This document shows positions 1 to 7,511 of a stretch of DNA of 64,000 nucleotides, piece by piece. Source of the DNA: Nitrososphaerota archaeon (GTDB taxonomy: Archaea; Thermoproteota; EX4484-205; JAAOZP01); contig JAAOZP010000017.1 of NCBI GenBank assembly GCA_011605725.1, forward strand, positions 352,001 through 416,000, read 5' to 3'. The number at the start of each line of letters is the position of its first letter. The stretch's first letter is position 1. The notes below the pieces were generated by a model. That model was not told where the DNA came from. It saw nothing but the letters and a program-made list of their open reading frames with translations, and ran no database searches. The translations under genes and the position numbers were made by a program.

Positions 1-1356
1 CCTGTTGTAAACGAGGAGGACAATACGGTTATTGGAAACCTGGATGAGGAGTTTGTGGCGGAAAAAGGGCTTCCCGGCACTAAGTTCGTAATGGGAGGCC
101 TAGTATGGTCAATAATCCAGGTTTACGAGGGGAAAGTTATTGTGAAAAAAGCTGAAGACCCTCTTGGAGCCGTGCCCTTCTGGACTGGCGAGGAGATACC
201 TGTAGCATGTGAAGCAGCCATGGAGGTAGGTGCTTTAAGAAGAATGGTTGAGGAGAAGTATTTTAACGGGCTTGGGCTTAAGGAGATAGTTGAAGCAGTT
301 TCGCAGAAATACGGGGTTAACGAGGATCTGGCTCTTAAAGCTGTTAAACCAGTCGTGGATTGTCTTAAAAGAAACATTCCTGTGGGAACGGATCGGAGGA
401 TAGTTTTCGAGAAATGGGGAGACTACACTATTATACATGTCTGCCTCGGGGATCTTGGGAACAGGGCTCTGTCAAGGATTGTTGGAAACATAGTTCTCTC
501 TGAAATAGGCTTAACAGTTCCGGTGAGCAGGGACCCATATAGGGTTATGGTTGAGCGATCAGTCTCACCGTCAGTCATTCTTGAAAAGATTAAGAGTCTT
601 AGCGAGAAGGATGTTGAAAGAATGCTGCTTGAAAACGTTGAAACAGTGGGATTGTTTAAACGGAGGTTTCTTCACGTCGCTCGAAGAATGGGGATAATAG
701 AGAAGAATGCTGACTTAACATCCATAAGGCTTGAAAACCTGATAAGGAGTAGCAGGGGTACTGTTGTCTACGATGAAGCTGTTAAAGAGCTTTTGTCTAA
801 AGACTATGAAACAAGACCCCTCCTGCAGCTTTTAAGAGACCTTTCCTCTGGAAGAATAGAGGCTGTGATCTATGAGAACCCTGGTGATCCATCGCCCTTA
901 GCTCAGCCGATTCTAAGACAGGCTGAGAGGCATCTCGACATCTACACGCCTGAGAACGTTGAGAAAATAGTTTTAATGTATGCTTCCGCAAGGCTGAGAA
1001 ACACTCCTTTAGAGCTTGCCTGCAGTGAATGCGGGCTCATACATGGCACGGTTAAACCCTTAGAATACACTTCAGGAGCAAAATGCAGCAGGTGCGGTGG
1101 AAGACTTGGAGTAAACCCTAGCCCGGGCTTAAGGATTAGACGCGGCAAATCCAGGAGGATGAGAACTGTTTTCAAGAAGATCGCTAAGACTGCGGAGCTG
1201 CTTGAGAAGTATGGTGGTGACGCTGCCTTAGCCTTAGCTGGAAGAGGGTTGAGCCTGAAGACTGTTGAAAAAATTCTTGTAAGGAGAAGCATAACCGGGG
1301 AGGATCTTGTGAAGTTGATTGTGGACGCTGAGAGAAGAAGGCTTCAAACCAGTTGA
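1..1356 (+). CDS. Lhr-like ATP-dependent helicase, C-terminal part (5'-truncated by window)
   Basis: Frame open from base 1. Contains GAVPFWTGEEIPV, GDLGNRALS, LFKRRFLHVARRMG and a C-terminal CxxC..CxxC ribbon typical of archaeal Lhr proteins. Confidence 0.8.
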   Translation, partial: PVVNEEDNTVIGNLDEEFVAEKGLPGTKFVMGGLVWSIIQVYEGKVIVKKAEDPLGAVPFWTGEEIPVACEAAMEVGALRRMVEEKYFNGLGLKEIVEAVSQKYGVNEDLALKAVKPVVDCLKRNIPVGTDRRIVFEKWGDYTIIHVCLGDLGNRALSRIVGNIVLSEIGLTVPVSRDPYRVMVERSVSPSVILEKIKSLSEKDVERMLLENVETVGLFKRRFLHVARRMGIIEKNADLTSIRLENLIRSSRGTVVYDEAVKELLSKDYETRPLLQLLRDLSSGRIEAVIYENPGDPSPLAQPILRQAERHLDIYTPENVEKIVLMYASARLRNTPLELACSECGLIHGTVKPLEYTSGAKCSRCGGRLGVNPSPGLRIRRGKSRRMRTVFKKIAKTAELLEKYGGDAALALAGRGLSLKTVEKILVRRSITGEDLVKLIVDAERRRLQTS

Positions 1357-1361
1357 AAACC

Positions 1362-1913
1362 CTAGGCGCTTAAAACATAATGGATGAATTTTTCAACATC
1401 TAGCTCAGCGAAGGTTCTCCAGCCCAGCACAAGATTGTTCCCGTCCTCAGCAATATAGCCCCTTTTAATATATTTGGATAGGTTCAGCCTGACCCGCCAC
1501 TCTGGAAACTTCTTCCTAAGAATCTCCTCAACCTCTTTAACGGGGGCTGAACCCTTTCGAGAAATTATTGTGGATATTACTACAGCTAGGCCGGCTACCT
1601 CGTCTATCGACCAGCCCATGGTTTTAACCGCAGTCAGACTCAGCTCATCCTTAAGCGTAACGTAGAACCTTGCAGTTGAAAGCTTACTCTCGTCCTCGCT
1701 CACGCTAAGCTCCCTACCGTCGTCTGAAACAATCTTTATAGTTAGGCCCAGGTCTTGGAGACGCGTGTTTAGAAACTTTATTACAGAAAGATAGCCTGGC
1801 CCAAGGTTCTTCTTAAGCTCCCAACCCTTGACACCTGGAATCCTATGGCTTTTGAACAACAATAGTTGGACAGCCCGCGTAACCCTGTTCCTAATCTTTT
1901 CCTCTTGCTCCAA
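1362..1913 (-). CDS. Kite-family (ScpB/Nse1-Nse3-like) tandem winged-helix protein
   Basis: 183 aa with two wHTH-like halves (PGVKGWELKKNLG..; KYIKRGYIAEDGNNLVLGWRT). Lies directly downstream of a kleisin-like gene. Confidence 0.6.
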   Translation of the reverse strand: MEQEEKIRNRVTRAVQLLLFKSHRIPGVKGWELKKNLGPGYLSVIKFLNTRLQDLGLTIKIVSDDGRELSVSEDESKLSTARFYVTLKDELSLTAVKTMGWSIDEVAGLAVVISTIISRKGSAPVKEVEEILRKKFPEWRVRLNLSKYIKRGYIAEDGNNLVLGWRTFAELDVEKFIHYVLSA

Positions 1914-1926
1914 TCTTCAACGCCAC

Positions 1927-2640
1927 CTAGATTGGTAGGGCTACGGAATGTTTACCAACGTTCTTAGGGCTTGTTCTGAAAATCCAGACTCTGTTTCTCA
2001 AAGGATCCTGAACAACCCCTACTAGACCCCTCATCATGAGAAAGCTTAAAACAAGTGCTCTAAAAACCTTCCTGTCCTCACCCTCTCTTCCCACGAAATC
2101 ATAATAGTCAACCGTTTCACGGCCGATCTCGCCTAGAAGCCTTTCCATCTCCCTTTCCAAGTCAGCCTCCTCCATCGGAAGGATCTCTGCGAGCGCGCTG
2201 AGCCTACTGGTTTCGGGAGCTCCTCCGCCTCCAGGCAGACTGTATTCTCTAAGGTTAGCCCAGTAGCCGTAGGCTGAACGCATAAGCCCCAGGGTAGCCT
2301 GCTCGTTCTCAGCAATAGGCCGGAAAGCCTTTAGGAAAGCCTCTGCAAGCCTCTCCCTGTCTAGACTCATGAGTCTAACCTCCATTAGAAAAGGGTCTAA
2401 GTAAAGCCTGCTAGCCCTCTTCTTAACATCCTCCTGCTGGAGAGCAATAACATAGATTATTTTGAGCAGTGCAGCCATATTCATAACCAGGGTTTTCTCA
2501 TCCATCTCAGACAGGCCTTCCCTGAGCCTCTTAAGATTCTCCTTAACGTCGACAACGAAAGGATCAATATTCTTCTCAATAACCTCGTCGCATAGGCGGA
2601 TAATCCTCTCGATCAGCTCCGCATACTTACTGGATGACAT
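1927..2640 (-). CDS. scpA: Kleisin, ScpA-like
   Basis: N-terminal IDPFVVDV resembles the ScpA IDPWDIDI motif. C-terminal ALVLSFLMMRGLVGVVQD resembles the kleisin wHTH. Confidence 0.65.
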   Translation of the reverse strand: MSSSKYAELIERIIRLCDEVIEKNIDPFVVDVKENLKRLREGLSEMDEKTLVMNMAALLKIIYVIALQQEDVKKRASRLYLDPFLMEVRLMSLDRERLAEAFLKAFRPIAENEQATLGLMRSAYGYWANLREYSLPGGGGAPETSRLSALAEILPMEEADLEREMERLLGEIGRETVDYYDFVGREGEDRKVFRALVLSFLMMRGLVGVVQDPLRNRVWIFRTSPKNVGKHSVALPI

Positions 2641-3052
2641 TCATTTCAACCCGCTTTCCAGAGCATTCAGACGATGAAGAGAAGGAATATAAGCATTAAT
2701 TTCCGGTAAACCGGTATGCTTAAAACATGGTGTTGAAGCTCTTGCCGAGACCATTTAAAACTATTCTGAATTAGGAGGTAAGCTAACCCCATTTATATGC
2801 AAACCTTAAGCGATAGAAACACGGTTTCACGCAGAAGTACGTATGCAATTCTTTCATGGCAAATCAGCATCACAGCGGCTCCAGACTCAAAAAGGAGAAT
2901 GCTTCCTAATGCGGTGGAAAAATAGCATGCAGCATGTCGGCTTACACCCTGTCTTGAGGAGAGAAGCATCAGGGATGCTTCAGAGAAACACACATGGTAA
3001 CGCGGCCAAAGTATAAAAAGGGCGTGCACTATAAAGGGTTTTTGAGCCGGAG

Positions 3053-3832
3053 TTGAACGATGCTTTTAAAGAAGGCGGGGACGTTCTCCTAGTCTCAGCC
3101 AAAGGTAAGAAAAGAGTTGTTAAGATTCAGGGAGACCGAATTCATACTCATAGAGGATATATTCAGACCGGTAGCATTATCGGTAGCAAGCCTGGGATAA
3201 TGGTTAAAACCCACACTGGAGACGAGATGCTTGCCGTTAAGCCCCTTGTTGCCGACTATATTCCTAAACTCTCCAGGAGGACGCAGATAATGTATCCTAA
3301 GGATCTCGGATACATGGTTCTAAGCCTCGGAATATCACCCGGTTTCAAGGTTTTGGACGCTGGTACTGGCAGCGGGGCTGCCGCCATGGTTATGGCAAGC
3401 CTCGTAAGGCCGACTGGAAGAGTATTCTCATACGATGTTGATGAGGAATCACTGGCGATCGCCAGGAGGAACCTTGAAAGAGTAGGCCTCCTCGAATACG
3501 TTGAGCTTGTGCACGAGGATGTTAAAACAGCCGTTTTCAAAGAGCTCTTCGACGCTGCATTAATGGATCTTCCAGACCCTTGGGAAGCCTTGCTGAACGT
3601 TTCCAGGTTTCTTAAGCCGTCGGCCAGAATATGCCTTGTACTGCCTACTATGAACCAGCTGGAGAAGGCTTACTCCGCGCTGGTAGACTCTGGAATAGCG
3701 CATCTCGAAACCGTAGAAATACTTCTGAGAAGAATAAGGCCTTTCCAGGGAAAGGTTCGGCCCGAGTCTCTGATGACTGGGCACACTGCTTACCTTATGC
3801 TTGGCGTAAAAGTTTCCAGAGAAAACGTTTAA
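3053..3832 (+). CDS. trmI: tRNA (adenine-N1)-methyltransferase
   Basis: RRTQIMYPKD, DAGTGSG SAM-binding motif, DLPDPWE, GHTAYL. Confidence 0.93.
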   Translation: MNDAFKEGGDVLLVSAKGKKRVVKIQGDRIHTHRGYIQTGSIIGSKPGIMVKTHTGDEMLAVKPLVADYIPKLSRRTQIMYPKDLGYMVLSLGISPGFKVLDAGTGSGAAAMVMASLVRPTGRVFSYDVDEESLAIARRNLERVGLLEYVELVHEDVKTAVFKELFDAALMDLPDPWEALLNVSRFLKPSARICLVLPTMNQLEKAYSALVDSGIAHLETVEILLRRIRPFQGKVRPESLMTGHTAYLMLGVKVSRENV

Positions 3833-3859
3833 AAAGAGCGTGAAGAGGGAAGCGTCGGG

Positions 3860-4441
3860 TTGGAGAAGAAGGAAGCGGTTTACTCAGCTGGAAACCTGCT
3901 TGTGCTGATAGGTTTAACTGTTCTTTCAGCCTTCATGTTCGTCACAAGCCTTCAGGTCACCGGCTTTCTAAGAACCAGTGTCAATCTTTTCAGCTCCGCC
4001 CTCATATTCATAGGGTCAGTACTCCCATTCCTGCTTAAAGAGATGGAAGCTGAACAGAGAATGAGAAGCATTGGGCTAAGATGCTTTACATCAAGCTTCA
4101 TAATGTCAATACTGCTTCTGGCTCAAACAGTGTTTCGAGGATTCGCCTCAACAGTGCCGATTTTAACGTCGCTAGCATTAGGATTATCAGGCATATCGGC
4201 ATACCTTCTCTCTAGAACTGGAAGAGTCGCGATGCCGTCAATCATGGAGATACTATTGTTTGTCTCAGTAATAATGGTGTTTTCAGCGCCAATGATCCAG
4301 TTGTTTCTAATAGACCTTGGAATGAGCATTAATACTGCTAGACTAGTGTCAATCAGCATACTAATCGTGTTCACAGGAGTGCTCTATGTTTCACTCAAGA
4401 AGGCCAGTAAATCCTCTGAAACCGGTTCAAGAGAAAAATAG
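3860..4441 (+). CDS. Hypothetical membrane protein (~6 TM)
   Basis: 193-aa ORF with alternating hydrophobic segments, co-oriented with trmI. Confidence 0.7.
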   Translation: MEKKEAVYSAGNLLVLIGLTVLSAFMFVTSLQVTGFLRTSVNLFSSALIFIGSVLPFLLKEMEAEQRMRSIGLRCFTSSFIMSILLLAQTVFRGFASTVPILTSLALGLSGISAYLLSRTGRVAMPSIMEILLFVSVIMVFSAPMIQLFLIDLGMSINTARLVSISILIVFTGVLYVSLKKASKSSETGSREK

Positions 4442-4478
4442 AGCTGTTTAGCGAATGCTAGCCGTCGGACACGTAATG

Positions 4479-4486
4479 CTTAAAAC
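4479..4486 (+). promoter_or_regulatory. Putative TATA box for the downstream structured RNA
   Basis: CTTAAAA starting ~25 nt upstream of the terminal helix that begins at ~4504. Confidence 0.45.
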
Positions 4487-4503
4487 TGTCTTGAAAAGTG
4501 TCT

Positions 4504-4755
4504 GAACAGGGTAGACCAGGCTCCTGCTCGGGGGAAACTCTGAAGCAGGCCTCAACCTCTTGAGGAGGGTACAAGCCGCCTTGACCATGGGGATTGGGCG
4601 TGAAACCCGTGGAGAGGTTGAAGCAGCCCTCCCAAGATGTTGCGGAGTAAAAGCATCCTCCTCAGGCTTGTTGAAAAGCGGATTGGGGAGGATGAGCCTA
4701 CTAGCCTGGGCCCAAATGCTTCCCGAGACTCGCGTACATGGTTGAGACCTTGTTT
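4504..4755 (+). ncRNA. Unassigned structured ncRNA (~250 nt)
   Basis: Helices 4504-12/4747-55, 4516-22/4703-09, 4523-49 (GAAA tetraloop), 4552-60/4613-21, 4585-91/4606-12 and 4654-64/4684-94. Non-WC pairs read as G-U on the + strand. Confidence 0.65.
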
Positions 4756-5011
4756 AAACCATCTGACGGTTAATGCAGTAGGTGTTGTCCTCTACACCAT
4801 CTTAATGCATAACAGGTTTTCAGCTGAAGCACTTGTTGAAGCTGCGCTAATAGGCGGCTTCCTTATCGGTTACGCGGAAAACCCGCTTACCTTGAAAAAC
4901 ATCTGACTTGTGAAAAGCCTGAGACGTTTGCCATAGTAATGATAGGAGTCGTGCCTCATCCCACCCCAGCAATCCTTATTAAACCTGAGTTGTTATGCCC
5001 GCATTGTAGAA

Positions 5012-7402
5012 ATGAGTAGTCTCTTTAAATCTTCAGAGCTCCTTTTAACCTCAACAAGGATTGAACAGCTTTTCAAAAACATTAAGGATGAGCCTCATTA
5101 CTATGTGGATATGCATATCCACTCTAAGTATAGCAGGGCCACTAGTGCCAATATGACTCTCGAAAACATTGCTTTCTCCGCCAGGCTGAAAGGTCTGAAC
5201 ATCGTGGGAACCGGAGACTGTACGCATACCAAATGGTTAAAGGAGCTTAAGAAGAAGCTTGTCGAATCTTACCCTGGTCTCTACAGGTTGAGAAGCGAGA
5301 GGAATCCGGAGCAAACCACGCTCTTCCTGATTCAAGGAGAAGTTAACACCGTCTACCGTGATGAGAATGCTGTTAAAAGGATACACCACGTAATACTTTT
5401 CCCAGACTTCGACACTGTTGAACAGGCCTATGACGCTTTAAAGCATACTGGTGACCTTAATGCTGACGGGAGGCCGTTGCTCGAATGCTCTTCCCCAGAG
5501 CTTGTCGAAACCTTGAAAAGCATTTCGAAAGACATCGAGGTCTTCCCGGCGCATGTTTGGACCCCGCACTTCAGCATTTTCGGCATTCACGGCTACACTA
5601 GTGTTAAGGAATGCTATAAGGATAAGCATAGCGAGATACATGCTCTCGAAACGGGATTATCTTGTTACGATGAAAAGACAGAAGTTTTAACGGAAGAAGG
5701 TTGGAAAAAATTCTCCGAAGTAAAACCAAGCGATAAAATATATACTTTAAACCCAAAAACAGGAGAAATCGAGCTTCAACATCCCAGAGGAATCTTCTCC
5801 TACTGGTATAAAGGCAGAATGTACAGGTTGAAAACTCGAAGTGTTGATTTACTTGTCACGCCGAATCACAATCTCTTCATTACCACGTGCGACTTTAGGA
5901 ATCCAAAAACATCTTTCTTAAAGCAGGCGAGAGAAGTATTTGGGAAATCCAAAAGTTTTAAGAAGGATGGGAAATGGAACGGTAACAACGAAGAATATTT
6001 TACCCTCCCCTCCCTAGAAATTAGGCATGGAAACCGGTATTATTCTGGTCTAAGAAGAATACCTGAGAAGAAAATACCAATGAAAGACTGGTTAAAATTC
6101 TTTGGATTTTGGTTGGCTGAAGGTTGGACAACGAGGGAGAAAAACGGAGATTATAATGTTTGCGTTTCTTGCAAAGATGGGAAGTTAATTTCTGAAATGA
6201 AAAAGCTGCTTCAAAGTTTTGGATACAGGGTTTTCCAGAACAAGAAACACCATATACTTAGAGTGAGAAACTATCAGTTGTTCGCTTATCTTGAGCAATT
6301 CGGTAAACGTCATGAGAAATTTATTCCAAAAGATGTGAAAATGCTTTCGAAAGACCTTCTCAAGATATTGCTTGACTACTACATTAAAGGCTGTGGCCAC
6401 ATTCACGGAAGGACTAACAAGGGGCTATCTGCAACTACAACCTCCACAAGACTCAGAGATGACCTGCAGGAAATAGCTTTAAAGATTGGAATATCCGCCT
6501 ATTTTAAGCTCGATAAGAAAAAGGGGAATCCTTTGAAAAGTCTTTCCTCAGGAAAGAAGACTTACAGGCAGAGCAATGATTCTTGGACGGTTTATTTCAT
6601 CAGAAAAAACACACATACTGTTATTCCCTCGACCATAAGGAAAAATAAGTATATAGAAAGATGGGTAGATTTTAAGGGAAGAGTATACTGTGTATCAGTT
6701 CCTAATAAAGTAATTTATGTAAGAAGAAACGGGATTCCTGTATGGTGTGGCAATTCAGATCCTCCAATGAACTGGAGGGTTTCAAGCAATGATCGCTACG
6801 TGTTGGTTTCTAACAGCGATTCTCACTCTTACTATCCTTGGAGGCTCGGCAGAGAGGCTAACCTTATGCTCTTGGAGGATTTGAGCTATAGGAGCATACT
6901 GGATGCGATCCGTAAACAGGGCAGGTCTAGAATAATCCTCACTATCGAAACCTATCCTGAACATGGGAAATATTATCTTCCAGGTCATCGAAAATGCAAG
7001 GTTTCAGTTGACCCCGAGAAGTATTTTAAGCTTAAAGGAGTCTGCCCGGTGTGCGGCAAAAAGCTCACGCCTGGAGTAGAGACGCATATAGAAGAACTCG
7101 CTGACCGTCCTAGGGGCATAAAGCCGAGGGATGCTCCAGACTATATTCATCTCATACCGCTTTCAGAGATAATAAGCTATGTTTACTCCACAAGTTTAGA
7201 TTCCAAGAAGGCTTGGAGCATTTACTACAGTCTGGTAAAGAAGCTTGGAAGCGAATATCGTCTGCTGGTTGAAACCCCTGTGGAGAAGCTGGCAAAACAC
7301 GATAAGAAGCTGGCCTACGTGGTGGAAAAAATTAGAAATGACAGGGTTAAAATAAGGCCCGGATATGATGGAGTATATGGAAAGATTGAGGTAGTCGAAT
7401 AG
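5012..7402 (+). CDS. Endonuclease Q family (PHP-domain) protein interrupted by an intein
   Basis: DMHIHSKYSRATS, GTGD, HHVI, PAHVWTP, ETGLS|SDPPMNW, NSDSHS, GKY..GHRKC, CPVCGK, PGYDGVYG. Confidence 0.9.
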   Translation: MSSLFKSSELLLTSTRIEQLFKNIKDEPHYYVDMHIHSKYSRATSANMTLENIAFSARLKGLNIVGTGDCTHTKWLKELKKKLVESYPGLYRLRSERNPEQTTLFLIQGEVNTVYRDENAVKRIHHVILFPDFDTVEQAYDALKHTGDLNADGRPLLECSSPELVETLKSISKDIEVFPAHVWTPHFSIFGIHGYTSVKECYKDKHSEIHALETGLSCYDEKTEVLTEEGWKKFSEVKPSDKIYTLNPKTGEIELQHPRGIFSYWYKGRMYRLKTRSVDLLVTPNHNLFITTCDFRNPKTSFLKQAREVFGKSKSFKKDGKWNGNNEEYFTLPSLEIRHGNRYYSGLRRIPEKKIPMKDWLKFFGFWLAEGWTTREKNGDYNVCVSCKDGKLISEMKKLLQSFGYRVFQNKKHHILRVRNYQLFAYLEQFGKRHEKFIPKDVKMLSKDLLKILLDYYIKGCGHIHGRTNKGLSATTTSTRLRDDLQEIALKIGISAYFKLDKKKGNPLKSLSSGKKTYRQSNDSWTVYFIRKNTHTVIPSTIRKNKYIERWVDFKGRVYCVSVPNKVIYVRRNGIPVWCGNSDPPMNWRVSSNDRYVLVSNSDSHSYYPWRLGREANLMLLEDLSYRSILDAIRKQGRSRIILTIETYPEHGKYYLPGHRKCKVSVDPEKYFKLKGVCPVCGKKLTPGVETHIEELADRPRGIKPRDAPDYIHLIPLSEIISYVYSTSLDSKKAWSIYYSLVKKLGSEYRLLVETPVEKLAKHDKKLAYVVEKIRNDRVKIRPGYDGVYGKIEVVE
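5663..6754 (+). mobile_element. Intein (364 aa) with LAGLIDADG homing endonuclease domain
   Basis: Starts CYDEKTEVLT, block B VTPNH, blocks FFGFWLAEG and LLDYYIKGCG, ends VWCGN followed by Ser(+1). Splits the GLS/SDPP motif; more AT-rich than its flanks. Confidence 0.92.
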
Positions 7403-7511
7403 GCACGTGCGCTAAATTTTTATCGCACGCGCTTCAGCAATTACTCTGTGGATAAAGATTTGCCGAAGTATAAAAAGTTTAAGAAAGAGCCGCTTGTACT
7501 ACCTAGGTTTA

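Noticed and set aside
2793-3029. 78-aa minus-strand ORF
   Set aside because: No recognisable family; probably intergenic debris.
4504-4755. Calling this RNase P RNA, SRP RNA, a group I intron, an HDV-like ribozyme or a SAM riboswitch
   Set aside because: Partial motif resemblances exist (GGGGAAACUC, GUGAAAC, AAAUGCU..GUACA, CAGG..AGC), but the required conserved pairings and spacings do not fit any of these families.
4560-4906. 61-aa and 89-aa ORFs
   Set aside because: They overlap the structured RNA, show no protein motifs and have weak starts.
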